Shown: piece by piece, positions 33,476-43,451 of the stretch
How positions within the stretch are numbered: the stretch's first letter is position 1
How the letters are laid out: each line of letters begins with the position of its first letter
Source of the DNA: Chitinophaga pinensis
GTDB taxonomy: Bacteria > Bacteroidota > Bacteroidia > M30B66
DNA: 64,000 bases
Direction of reading: 5' to 3'
Assembly (NCBI GenBank): GCA_945883545.1
Contig: CAMCXT010000011.1
Location: 2,652-66,651 of the forward strand
Position numbers and translations under genes: made by a program
Notes under the pieces: model-generated
Told to the model about the DNA's origin: nothing
The model's database searches: none
What the model saw: only the letters and a program-made list of their open reading frames with translations

Positions 33476-34765
33476 TTATTCCTTCATCAGTCGGAAAATC
33501 CTAGAACTTCCGTTGCCGTAGCAATACACTTGGTAAATCCCTGCGGGGAGATCAGAAAAGTCGAGTTTTACCAACCGACCTGTTTCGCTTTTTCGTTTTG
33601 CGAGTTTTCCATCGGGACCGTAAACTTCGATTTTGAAAGTGGTTACATCTTCCGCTTGAATCATCACATCACGTGTAGAAGGATTTGGGAAAATCCTCCA
33701 ATCGATGTCTTTCACATGCTCAGTAATGGCAGTAGACGTAATGTTGATTTGCTCTGTAAGTGTATCGGAAATGCCACACCCAGAAGCGATTAAACTAACA
33801 GTGTAGTTTCCAGGTGCAGTATAAGTATGTGTTGGATTTACAAGTGGAGAAGTGTTTCCATCCCCAAAAATCCACAAGTTAGATGAGGAGTAAAGACTGG
33901 TTTGGTTAAAATCTACACTGGTTTCGTTCACACTATAATTGAAGCCTGCTTGAGGTTCCCACCTTCCAATGTTCCATGTATCAAGGCTATCCGAAACTGT
34001 GCTCCAAGCTACTTGCTGAAGATAAGTTGCTACTTCAGGCTCCAATCCAGCTAAATAACTAAACCCAACTGGCGATTTTTTGAAGAGTGTTGAGTAGAAA
34101 ACACATGCAGTAAGGTAAGTTCCCGATGGGCTTGGATGGCTATTGTCGCTCACCCAAAGGTTAATGGTACTATCGGCAAACCAACTGTTTTTCCAAGCTA
34201 TTCCAACCGGAGCTACAATGCCTTGGTTCTGGTCGGCCATGAGCTTGTACGATTCCCTCAACCGGCCAGTCATCCCTTCGAATGTACAAATGGGCGGGTA
34301 ATTCGGACAATTTGTTTGGTCGCCATATTTTCTTCCCCAAGTCATGTAAAACACGGTTTCGGAGCAAGCATTGTTCGCTTTGATCATGCTATCGAGGTCG
34401 GTAGCAAATGGCAGTGTTTGGGATTGAACTTGATTCGGTGGGAATGAAGGTTCTTGACTTTGTGCTTGAAGAATCACAAAATCCCAAGGTTGAGATTGGA
34501 TTTTTTGCTGGGTGACTGCGTTAACGGCATGGTTTTGCAAACTCGCTCCTCCTGGAGTATTCGAATCATATTGAACCGTATCGCCACCAGAGATTGCTAA
34601 ATTGTAAAATACCAATGGAAGATTATTGGTGCCGATATAACTATTGCCTATCCAAAGCACCTTTTTTTGCTGGCCATTTACCTGAAAGCTAATCAGCAGA
34701 AGTAGAAAAATCCAGTTAGCGCTGGAGCGTACAAAAGTCACGAATGGTCTCAGCAGCAGCTTCAT
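33476..34765 (-). CDS. Secreted SGNH/GDSL-like hydrolase with PKD domain and T9SS C-terminal domain
   Basis: Signal peptide, IGNSY and DNSHPS motifs, WIFGDG..PTHTYTAPGNYTVSL (PKD), IFPNPS..LPAGIY (CTD); start uncertain. Confidence 0.75.
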   Translation of the reverse strand: MKLLLRPFVTFVRSSANWIFLLLLISFQVNGQQKKVLWIGNSYIGTNNLPLVFYNLAISGGDTVQYDSNTPGGASLQNHAVNAVTQQKIQSQPWDFVILQAQSQEPSFPPNQVQSQTLPFATDLDSMIKANNACSETVFYMTWGRKYGDQTNCPNYPPICTFEGMTGRLRESYKLMADQNQGIVAPVGIAWKNSWFADSTINLWVSDNSHPSPSGTYLTACVFYSTLFKKSPVGFSYLAGLEPEVATYLQQVAWSTVSDSLDTWNIGRWEPQAGFNYSVNETSVDFNQTSLYSSSNLWIFGDGNTSPLVNPTHTYTAPGNYTVSLIASGCGISDTLTEQINITSTAITEHVKDIDWRIFPNPSTRDVMIQAEDVTTFKIEVYGPDGKLAKRKSETGRLVKLDFSDLPAGIYQVYCYGNGSSRIFRLMKE

Positions 34766-35957
34766 ACCCATATTGTTCACTGAGTTTAAAATCATCGCAA
34801 GCCGTATCTTTTTTCAAAAGCATCAGCTTTGCAATTCCTCGGTTAAAATAAGCAATTCCATAATTCTCTCGAAGTCGAATCGACTGATCGTAATCTTGAA
34901 TGGCCAAAGTATAATCGCCAAAGAGCATTCTCACATTGCCGCGATTGTTAAAGGCTTGAGCGTCAAGTGGATTTAAACGAATGGATTCATCATAATCGTT
35001 CATCGCACCTTGGTAATCTCCCAATATTTTTTTAACGGCACCTCGATAGAACAATGCCATCGTGTAATCTTTGTCGAGTGCAAGTGCATTGTTATAGTCC
35101 TTCAAAGACTCTTCAGTCTCGCCTAATCTCTTTCTAATCAGCGCTCTACTGAAATAGGTAGATTTTAAGTTTTGATCTAAGGAAATTGCCTTCGTGAAAT
35201 CTTTATCGGCTTGAACATTTTCACCTTTAAACTTGTAGGCAATCCCTCTATTGTGCCAAGCCAAAGCAAATTGCGGATTGATATTGATCACCTTGGTGAA
35301 TGACTGTATCGCATCATCATATTTTTTCATTTCAAGGAATCTTAATCCTTGGGCTTCGTATGCGAGAGAATTTTTGGGATTCAGACGAATGGCCATATCG
35401 ATATCCTTTCCTGCTTTTTCGAGCTCATCCAAGTTGAGTAAGGCAATTGCTCGAAAAATATAGGATAATGTGTCGCGAGGATTTTGGCTGATGATACTAT
35501 TGAATGTGTTTACCGCTCCAGCATAATCTTCAGCCGCCAATTGTGCATGTGCTTGTTGGCATTGAATGCTTGGTTGAGAAATAGGCGCCAATTCTATGGC
35601 TTTCGTAAAGTCTGAAACAGCTCCAGGGTAATCTTCAACCAACATTTTGATTTTAGCACGCTCATCATAAATTTTGAGAATGCCCGGATTTAATCTTAAT
35701 GCTTCGTTCTGGTCTTTTATCGCCTCATTAAATCTGCCCAGCTTGGTATAAACAACACTCCTTTTGTAGTATGCCTCTGCATAACCTGGGTCGGCAGCAA
35801 TGGCATTTGAGTAATCAAGTGCAGCACCTTGCCAATCATTCACCTTCATTCGATTTTCACCAGATGTGTAGGCCTCTAATCCTGACCGAAGGTTGCCAAT
35901 TTGCGCAAAAATGCTGGAGCTTATAGTGAGCAGAACGAATAGGCATAACTTCATCAT
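34716..35957 (-). CDS. Signal-peptide tetratricopeptide-repeat protein
   Basis: About 10 TPR units (AYYKRS, AWHNRG, AFNNRG, AYFNRG). Confidence 0.88.
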   Translation of the reverse strand: MMKLCLFVLLTISSSIFAQIGNLRSGLEAYTSGENRMKVNDWQGAALDYSNAIAADPGYAEAYYKRSVVYTKLGRFNEAIKDQNEALRLNPGILKIYDERAKIKMLVEDYPGAVSDFTKAIELAPISQPSIQCQQAHAQLAAEDYAGAVNTFNSIISQNPRDTLSYIFRAIALLNLDELEKAGKDIDMAIRLNPKNSLAYEAQGLRFLEMKKYDDAIQSFTKVININPQFALAWHNRGIAYKFKGENVQADKDFTKAISLDQNLKSTYFSRALIRKRLGETEESLKDYNNALALDKDYTMALFYRGAVKKILGDYQGAMNDYDESIRLNPLDAQAFNNRGNVRMLFGDYTLAIQDYDQSIRLRENYGIAYFNRGIAKLMLLKKDTACDDFKLSEQYGYEAAAETIRDFCTLQR

Positions 35958-35970
35958 AGGATAGTTGTTA

Positions 35971-37140
35971 TCAGGTTTGTTTGGTGTGCCTTGCGAAACT
36001 GATCACATCTTCTTTGCTAATTTCTTTCTCTCCAAGAATGATCAATCTCTCAACAACGTTTCTGAATTCTCGAATATTGCCAGTCCATTGAATATCCATC
36101 AATTCCTTCACTGCATCGGCTTTTATCGCTTTTACAGGAATGCCGTAATCGTTGCAAATGGTTTGAAGGAAGTGATTTGCTAAAAGTGGAACATCTTCGA
36201 TTCTGTCGTTCAATGAAGGCACTTCTATGATGATCACACTGAGGCGGTGGTAAAGGTCTTCGCGAAAGTTCCCTTTGGCAATCTCATCCTTTAGATTTTT
36301 GTTGGTAGCCGCAATGATGCGTACATCAACCGAAATTTCTTTTTCACCTCCGACGCGTGTGATCTTATTTTCTTGAAGTGCACGCAGCACTTTGGCTTGA
36401 GCAGATAGGCTCATGTCGCCGATTTCGTCAAGAAAAAGTGTACCACCATGTGCCAGTTCAAATTGACCTTTTCGTTGCTTGATAGCTGAGGTAAAAGCAC
36501 CCTTTTCGTGGCCGAACAGTTCACTTTCAATGAGTTCGGATGGGATTGCTGCACAGTTTACTTCAATTAAAGCGGCTGTGCTTCGGTTGCTTTTTTCATG
36601 GATGTAACGCGCTACCAATTCCTTTCCGGTTCCATTCTCACCTGTAACCAGTACTCGTGCATCAGTAGGAGCAACCCTTTCGATCATATCTTTTACTTTG
36701 CGAATGGCTGGTGAATCGCCAATCATCTCCGCATTTTTAGATACTTTTTTTCGAAGGGTTTTTGTTTCCTCAATCAAAGTGGATTTATCAAGTGCATTGC
36801 GCAAAGTGATCATCAAACGGTTGAGATCGAGCGGTTTTGCGATAAAATCGTATGCGCCTTTTTTGATGCATTCAACCGCGGTTTCAATGGTTCCGTGGCC
36901 AGAAATCATGATTACCTGGCAGTCGAGACCTGCTGAAAGTGTTTTTTCGAGCAGTTCGGTTCCATCCATGCGGGGCATTTTGATATCGCTTAATAGGATA
37001 TCGTAACCTCCTTTTTGAATTTTCTCCCAACCCTCAGCACCATCTACTGCTTCGTCAACCTGATGGTTTTCGTATTCTAGAATTTCTTTTAGGGTGCTTC
37101 GGATGGCACGTTCATCGTCAACTATTAGAATTTTTGCCAT
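35971..37140 (-). CDS. Sigma-54-interacting response regulator (NtrC/NtrX-like), no C-terminal HTH
   Basis: Receiver (VDDE, DIKMP), GENGTGKE, ESELFGHEKGAFTSA, FLDEIG, FREDLYHRL, WTGNIRE. Confidence 0.9.
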   Translation of the reverse strand: MAKILIVDDERAIRSTLKEILEYENHQVDEAVDGAEGWEKIQKGGYDILLSDIKMPRMDGTELLEKTLSAGLDCQVIMISGHGTIETAVECIKKGAYDFIAKPLDLNRLMITLRNALDKSTLIEETKTLRKKVSKNAEMIGDSPAIRKVKDMIERVAPTDARVLVTGENGTGKELVARYIHEKSNRSTAALIEVNCAAIPSELIESELFGHEKGAFTSAIKQRKGQFELAHGGTLFLDEIGDMSLSAQAKVLRALQENKITRVGGEKEISVDVRIIAATNKNLKDEIAKGNFREDLYHRLSVIIIEVPSLNDRIEDVPLLANHFLQTICNDYGIPVKAIKADAVKELMDIQWTGNIREFRNVVERLIILGEKEISKEDVISFARHTKQT

Positions 37141-37162
37141 GCCGTAAATTTAATCAATGTGC

Positions 37163-38104
37163 TCACTCTTTTTCACCCAATGAACTCAGGTGGTCGAAAA
37201 GAATTCCTTCTTTCAGTGAAAAGGTTGAAAGCCTCATTGCATCGAGGTTTAAGTGTTTAAAAACGAAACGAATCATTACAACAGCAACAACGATCATTTC
37301 CACACGCATTGCTGCAAGCCCTTTGATTTTGAAGCGTTTCTCGATGGTACTGTTTGTTAAAATTTTGTACATCGCTTCGAAGTGTTTCATGTCGAAGGAG
37401 TATTCTGTTTTAATCAGCGGATTTTCAATCGTTTGGAACTTATAGTAGATCATTTCCGCCAAAGAATCGAACGAGCCTGAAGATCCTACCAAGGTTTTAA
37501 CAGGATATATTTCACAAGCACCCCAGAGCAGTTGTAGTTGTTCTTCGAGGTGGTTTTTTAATTGCTTGATTTCGTTTTTGGTGATTGGTTCAGAAGGATT
37601 GATCACTTCCAACAATCTGGCAGCACCTAAATCAAAACTATGCTTCCAATAAATTCGGTGCATGTCGGCAATGATAAACTCGGTACTTCCACCGCCAATA
37701 TCCATGATGAGGCATTTTTCTTTGCCCATGTCGAGGGCTTTCCGAACGCCGTAATATATGAGTTCCGCTTCACGGTCGCCAGAAATCACTTCAATGGCGA
37801 TTCCTGTTTCTGCTTTCACTTTGCGCACAAATTCTTTTCCGTTTTTCGCGCTGCGGATAGCTGAGGTCGCGAAAGCAAGAATTTTATCTACTTCGAAACG
37901 GTCGATTGTAGCCTTGTGAGTGTTCATGGCTTTGATGCCACGTAAGAATGGACTGTGCGAAATGACTTGATTGTTGATGCCACCTTCGCCAAGTTTTACA
38001 GGAATTTTTTCCTTGAAAATCACCGTGAATTGCCCGTTTTCATGTACTCGGGCAATCATGAGTTTAAAGGTATTTGTACCGATATCGATGATGGCAATTT
38101 TCAC
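37163..38104 (-). CDS. ppx: Ppx/GppA-family exopolyphosphatase
   Basis: IDIGTNT, ATSAIRSAKN, DIGGGSTE, LKEG. Confidence 0.88.
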   Translation of the reverse strand: MKIAIIDIGTNTFKLMIARVHENGQFTVIFKEKIPVKLGEGGINNQVISHSPFLRGIKAMNTHKATIDRFEVDKILAFATSAIRSAKNGKEFVRKVKAETGIAIEVISGDREAELIYYGVRKALDMGKEKCLIMDIGGGSTEFIIADMHRIYWKHSFDLGAARLLEVINPSEPITKNEIKQLKNHLEEQLQLLWGACEIYPVKTLVGSSGSFDSLAEMIYYKFQTIENPLIKTEYSFDMKHFEAMYKILTNSTIEKRFKIKGLAAMRVEMIVVAVVMIRFVFKHLNLDAMRLSTFSLKEGILFDHLSSLGEKE

Positions 38105-38196
38105 TTTCTTATAGCTTCGATGTGGACTTCAATGTTAATGAAAGAGCGAAAATGCTCCACAAAGAGTTTTCAGTCATTTATCAACCCTCTAAAATC

Positions 38197-39063
38197 CTAA
38201 GAAATGAAGTGTTCGAGGATATATGAAATGCCTAGCACAACACTCGCAACGCCATTTGTAGTGCCGAAGGCTAGGTTTACCCGGCTCAAATCATTGGGTT
38301 TTACAATGCTGTGTTGATACACCAACATGATCAAGAATACTGATGCACCTGCCCAATAAAAGATGCCTGCTTGCATATTGAAACCTGCAGCCACGATGAA
38401 AAAGGCGGTAATTGCATGGAGAAATTCTGAAAGTCGGAGGGCTCTTTTTTTGCCAAGCCAAACTGGGATGCTGTAAAGATCTTGCGAACGATCAAAATCT
38501 TCGTCTTGAAGCGCATATATGATATCGAATCCTGAAGTCCAGAACAAAACAGCGAACGAAAACAGAAGTGGAAGCCAGTCGAATTTACCCGTTACAGCTA
38601 AGTAAGCACCGATAGGCGCCAGCGACAAGCCAACACCTAATACAACGTGGCAAAGCCAAGTGAACCGTTTCGTGATACTGTAGCCTAAAATCACCGACAG
38701 GGCAATTGGTGAAAGGTAAAAGCAAAGTGGATTGATGAACCAAGTTGTTGCTAAAAAAGCGATCGACATCACCACAACAAAGGCAAGTGCTGATGAAGGC
38801 GAAATAATTCCAGCCGGGATTTCGCGGATGGCAGTTCTGGCATTTATTTCATCGAAGCGGCGGTCGATGTATCTGTTAAAGCCCATGGCTGCTGATCTTG
38901 CGAAAACCATACAAAGAACAACCTTTACAAAAAGCGTCCAGTCGGGATTTGTACCTGAAGCCTCAACACCCAGAAAATAACCGATAATAGCGAATGGCAA
39001 GGCAAAAACAGTGTGGCTGAATTTTACCAGAGACAAATAATGGCGGATACTGATTGTGCTCAT
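38197..39063 (-). CDS. UbiA-family polyprenyltransferase (MqnP-like)
   Basis: [43 protein letters not shown]. Confidence 0.88.
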   Translation of the reverse strand: MSTISIRHYLSLVKFSHTVFALPFAIIGYFLGVEASGTNPDWTLFVKVVLCMVFARSAAMGFNRYIDRRFDEINARTAIREIPAGIISPSSALAFVVVMSIAFLATTWFINPLCFYLSPIALSVILGYSITKRFTWLCHVVLGVGLSLAPIGAYLAVTGKFDWLPLLFSFAVLFWTSGFDIIYALQDEDFDRSQDLYSIPVWLGKKRALRLSEFLHAITAFFIVAAGFNMQAGIFYWAGASVFLIMLVYQHSIVKPNDLSRVNLAFGTTNGVASVVLGISYILEHFIS

Positions 39064-39680
39064 CGGTTTAAGTTGTTTTCGAAAGGAGTTCGGTTAAGAA
39101 TTGATCTTCCAAGGGTAACTTCATCGGCGTATTCTAACTCATCGCCAACGGAAACTCCTCTTGCCAATGTGCTGAGTTTGATGTTGAAATCCTTTAGTTT
39201 TCTGAAAAGGTAAAAATTGGTGGTGTCGCCTTCCATTGTTGCACTGAGCGCCATGATCACTTCCTTTGGTTCGCCTGTTTGCACTCTAAGCAATAGGCTT
39301 TCGATGTTCAAGTCGGAAGGGCCAGTGCCTTCCAAAGGTGAGATGATTCCACCTAAAACATGATAAATTCCTCTGTATTGTCCAGTGTTTTCTAGCGCCA
39401 TCACATCACGCACGTCTTCAACAACACAAAGCAATGATCTGTCACGGTTTCGATCCGAGCAAATAGTGCAAGTTTCTTCATCGCACAGATTATGGCAAAT
39501 GTTGCAGTTTCGAATGTCGCGTTTCAGTTTTACAAAAGCGCCTGAAAATTGATCAATCGCAGCTGTATCTCTTTTCAGAAGATGGAGAACCAAACGAAGT
39601 GCAGTTTTTTTGCCTATCCCCGGTAGGGAAGACATTTCATTTACTGCATCTTCTAATAATTTCGACGGTAATGGCTGCAT
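39060..39680 (-). CDS. recR: Recombination mediator RecR
   Basis: [12 protein letters not shown]4 zinc finger, [16 protein letters not shown]. Confidence 0.96.
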   Translation of the reverse strand: MQPLPSKLLEDAVNEMSSLPGIGKKTALRLVLHLLKRDTAAIDQFSGAFVKLKRDIRNCNICHNLCDEETCTICSDRNRDRSLLCVVEDVRDVMALENTGQYRGIYHVLGGIISPLEGTGPSDLNIESLLLRVQTGEPKEVIMALSATMEGDTTNFYLFRKLKDFNIKLSTLARGVSVGDELEYADEVTLGRSILNRTPFENNLNR

Positions 39681-39803
39681 GAGGTTGCAAAGTTAACAGA
39701 TAAGCTTGCTTTTGGTTGAAGAATTGGGCTATTCACATTCTATTCTTTGAAAGTGCTTTCCACGAATCTTAGAAGATCTGCAATAGATCAATAGATTTGT
39801 TTT

Positions 39804-41291
39804 ATGCCGAATGTGATTAGTCCTGCCATGCTGATTTTGATTATCAGCCTGTATTTCTTGGCTCTGATGGGGATTTCCTGGTGGAAAAGCCGAAAATCTG
39901 ATGCAGATTCATACTTCCTTGGAAACAAGTCGTCGCCTTGGTATTTGGTAGCTTTTGGGATGATTGGCGATTCGCTATCGGGTGTTACTTTCGTTTCGGT
40001 GCCCGGTGAAGTAGGGGTGAAGCATTTCGCTTACATGCAGGTGGTTTTGGGCTATTTGGTGGGCTACTTTGTGATTGCAAAGGTGCTCTTGCCGATGTAC
40101 TATCGAATGAATCTCACATCGATTTATTCGTATCTCGGCGAACGTTTCGGGATCACCGCACAAAAAACTGGATCGGTATATTTTCTGCTGTCGCGAACAA
40201 TTGGTGCGGCTTACAGGCTTTTTATCTCTGCAAATGTACTGCAGATATTCCTCTTCGAACCGATGGGTGTTCCATTTTGGGTTTCTGTTACTATCATCAT
40301 TATTCTGATTTTGCTTTACACGTTGAAGGGTGGAATTCGATCACTTATTTGGACCGATACTTTTCAATCGTTGTTCTTGTTATTAGGCGTTGTGCTCACG
40401 GCATGGTCGATTATCGATAAACTCGATTGGACTTTTGGAGAAGCCGTTCAAGGAATCGTATCGAGCGAATATGCTGAGGTGTTCAATTGGGATGTTAAAT
40501 CGAAGCTTTATTTCTGGAAGCAGTTTATCTCTGGGGCATTTATCGCCATTGTGATGACTGGGCTTGACCAGAATATGATGCAGAAAAACCTGAGCTGTAG
40601 AAGTTTGCCTGAGGCGCAGAAAAATGTGCTTTGGTTTAGTGTAATCGTGGTGGTGGTGAACTTAATATTTGTTTCGCTTGGCGCTTTGATGTTTATCTAT
40701 GCAGGCCAAGCAGGAATTGAAGTTCCTGTAAAGACCGATACTTTTTTACCAATGCTCACTTTGAATCACTTGGGATTGTTTGCCTCAGTGGTTTTCTTGT
40801 TGGGCATTACTGCAGCAACATTTTCTTCGGCCGACTCAGTGCTTACAACCTTAACCACCTCGTTTTATATCGATATTCTGGGGATGGATAAACGAACCGA
40901 CCGCTCCGAAGCATCTAAAATTCGAAGCAGAAATCTGATTCATGCCGGATTTTCAGTACTACTCTTGTTGGTTATTTTAGCCTTTCGATTGATCAATAAG
41001 GATTCGGTTATTACGGGAATTTTTGTTGCTGCAGGCTATACTTACGGCCCATTGTTGGGCTTGTTCGCTTTCGGTATTTTGAGTAAACGAGGTGTAAATT
41101 CAATTGGTGTTCCAGTGGTTGCAGTTTTGGCCCCAATACTCACTTATATATGTACTCTGTATTCTGAAAAACTGCTCTTTGGATACAAGATTGGTTTTGA
41201 ACTTCTCTTAATCAATGGATTGTTCACGTATATGGGCTTGCTCTTGATTAGTCATAGGAATTCAGTTGGGCAAACTCCTAAAGTTGATTAA
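39804..41291 (+). CDS. Sodium:solute symporter family protein
   Basis: SLSGVTFVSVPG, YTLKGG..IWTD, GLDQNMMQK, SSADS, many TMs. Confidence 0.88.
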   Translation: MPNVISPAMLILIISLYFLALMGISWWKSRKSDADSYFLGNKSSPWYLVAFGMIGDSLSGVTFVSVPGEVGVKHFAYMQVVLGYLVGYFVIAKVLLPMYYRMNLTSIYSYLGERFGITAQKTGSVYFLLSRTIGAAYRLFISANVLQIFLFEPMGVPFWVSVTIIIILILLYTLKGGIRSLIWTDTFQSLFLLLGVVLTAWSIIDKLDWTFGEAVQGIVSSEYAEVFNWDVKSKLYFWKQFISGAFIAIVMTGLDQNMMQKNLSCRSLPEAQKNVLWFSVIVVVVNLIFVSLGALMFIYAGQAGIEVPVKTDTFLPMLTLNHLGLFASVVFLLGITAATFSSADSVLTTLTTSFYIDILGMDKRTDRSEASKIRSRNLIHAGFSVLLLLVILAFRLINKDSVITGIFVAAGYTYGPLLGLFAFGILSKRGVNSIGVPVVAVLAPILTYICTLYSEKLLFGYKIGFELLLINGLFTYMGLLLISHRNSVGQTPKVD

Positions 41292-41470
41292 TTGAAAAAA
41301 GCGCAATTTGTTGTCGTTAATGTTTATTGATCAAGTGTTAATGGTGACTTATTAGACCATTGCTTGGCTCGGTGTCGTTGATCGATGTTTTTATAGGGGG
41401 TATCTTGAGGTTAGAAATGCAGGTATTCCGTTCAGTATAGTATGATTACTGAAGATACCTTGCGTTCGAA

Positions 41471-41932
41471 ATGGTAATCAGAAAAGCAGAGGTAAGGGAT
41501 ATTTCAGGAATGACCAATGTGTTTGCATCGGCGGTAGAAAACACGTCGGCATTCTACACAGTAAATCAAAGAGCCGCTTGGGTATCGCAAGCTCTTCGAC
41601 CAGCATTTTGGGATGAATTAATTCGAACACATTATACAATGGTCTGTTTTGAAATGAATGTGTTGGTCGGATTGATCGCATTTTCGTCACGCGGAGAAGT
41701 TTCGATGTTGTACATCTTACCGCAATATCAAAGAAAAGGCATTGCCTCTCGTTTGATTGCCATTATTTCTGAATATGCACATGAGGAAGGATATGCTCAC
41801 GTTAAAGTAGATGCTAGCCTCTATCTGCGTCCGCTACTTCTGAAACTTGGCTTTGAGCTGGTTGAAGAGTATACCAAGACAATAAAAGATGTAGAGTTTC
41901 CTAATGCTATATTGGTGAAAGAACTAATCTAG
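41471..41932 (+). CDS. GNAT-family N-acetyltransferase
   Basis: LYILPQYQRKGIAS acetyl-CoA motif, KLGF. Confidence 0.8.
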   Translation: MVIRKAEVRDISGMTNVFASAVENTSAFYTVNQRAAWVSQALRPAFWDELIRTHYTMVCFEMNVLVGLIAFSSRGEVSMLYILPQYQRKGIASRLIAIISEYAHEEGYAHVKVDASLYLRPLLLKLGFELVEEYTKTIKDVEFPNAILVKELI

Positions 41933-41968
41933 CATTCAGCCCTTCTCACTTATAAATTCAGGAACAAA

Positions 41969-42634
41969 TTAGTTCTTGAGTTTATCTTGAAACACTTTTC
42001 TGAATTTATCCACTTTCGGCTTGATCACCATTCTGCAATAACCCTGTTCAGGATTTTGGCTGTAATAGTTCTGATGATAATCTTCGGCAACATAAAATTT
42101 ACCATCGAATGCAGTAATTTCTGTAACGATAGGCTTTTCGAAAGCTCCAGATACATCTAGCTTGGCTTTGTAGCCTTCGGCAATTCTCTTTTGTTCGTCG
42201 TTTATGTAATACACCGCAGATCTGTATTGACTTCCAACATCTGCACCTTGGCGATTCAAAGTAGTTGGATCATGCGTTTGCCAAAATACTTCAAGGATAT
42301 CGTCCATTGAAACCACTTTAGGATCATAGGTAATTCTTGCAACTTCAGCATGACCAGTCATTCCAGTACAAACTTCTTTGTAAGTTGGATTTAATGTTTG
42401 GCCTCCCGTGTAACCTGATTCTACCTTCAAAACACCATTCAATTCCTGAAAAACGGCTTCGATACACCAGAAGCATCCAGCGCCGAGAATGATTGTATCG
42501 TTTTGGTTATTCTGAGGCTCTTGGTCGACTGTCATATTTGAAGGAGTTGGATTTGTTTGACCACATGCTTGCAATAGTGCTGGAATCAGCAGGGTGAAGA
42601 GTGGAAGTAAAAGCGTTTTGAAACGGTTCATCAT
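41969..42634 (-). CDS. msrA: Peptide-methionine (S)-S-oxide reductase with lipoprotein signal
   Basis: GCFWC, TGHAEV, HDPTTLNRQGADVGSQYRS, AEDYHQNY; lipobox LQAC. Confidence 0.94.
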   Translation of the reverse strand: MMNRFKTLLLPLFTLLIPALLQACGQTNPTPSNMTVDQEPQNNQNDTIILGAGCFWCIEAVFQELNGVLKVESGYTGGQTLNPTYKEVCTGMTGHAEVARITYDPKVVSMDDILEVFWQTHDPTTLNRQGADVGSQYRSAVYYINDEQKRIAEGYKAKLDVSGAFEKPIVTEITAFDGKFYVAEDYHQNYYSQNPEQGYCRMVIKPKVDKFRKVFQDKLKN

Positions 42635-42697
42635 GGAGTAATTAGAACAGCCTAAACGCAGATTGGTTCAGATTCGTATTCAAGTATTAACAGCGAA

Positions 42698-43222
42698 TTA
42701 TTCAGGTTGCAAAGTAGCAGGTTCGTCGATCGGAATAGGAGGTACATCGATCGAACTTTCAAGGTAATTTCTTAGGCTATCGAGTCGAGATTCCATTTCT
42801 AAACGGCGTGTGTCGGAGAAGAATAAGCCGAATAATCTTCCTATCGGATAGCTGAGTGTTCCAGTCGATTTCCAATTGATTTTACAACCGGTTTCTCCAA
42901 CTTCGAAGGTCCAGTTTTCCTCAGAAACAACTTCGAAAGGTTTGAATTGGTAGAGTTTGCCACTAAATCCAGCATCTCCCATCCCAGGAACTGGAATAAA
43001 TGCCAGCGTAGTTTCTTCTGATTTAACGGAGTCGTTGATATTCCAGTTTGTCCACTCTTTCCAAGATTCTGGATCTGAAAATTCGGTTTTCGTTTCGGTA
43101 ATTGGCTGGTTTACATCAATTGAAGCTTGAATGTTGAAATCGGCTGGTATAAACCAAGCTACGACCAACACCATCGCTACAAAAGCAAGCAAAATAACCA
43201 GCGTTTTTCTGATGAATCTCAT
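42698..43222 (-). CDS. Membrane-anchored SRPBCC/START-like protein
   Basis: N-terminal TM, PESWKEWTNW, YPIGRLFG..LDSLRNYLE pattern. Confidence 0.55.
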   Translation of the reverse strand: MRFIRKTLVILLAFVAMVLVVAWFIPADFNIQASIDVNQPITETKTEFSDPESWKEWTNWNINDSVKSEETTLAFIPVPGMGDAGFSGKLYQFKPFEVVSEENWTFEVGETGCKINWKSTGTLSYPIGRLFGLFFSDTRRLEMESRLDSLRNYLESSIDVPPIPIDEPATLQPE

Positions 43223-43451
43223 TACAATCCTTTACCGAATTAGGGTAAAGATAATTTGTACATCTTACTTAAACAAGTGCTTCGGTTACTTGATAAGTGA
43301 AAGTCATTCTTATCTAATCAAACCAAACAATATGAGCATCAAAACCAATCCAACTTGTTGAATCAAATTCCTAAGCTTCAAAATCACTTCAAACTTTCGT
43401 TTATCCCCTGAAATTGGGTTAATGAGAACCAAAATGCGTCCTGAAATCTGC

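Noticed and set aside
41419..41463. Imperfect hairpin upstream of the GNAT gene as a riboswitch
   Set aside because: No recognisable aptamer motif or expression platform.
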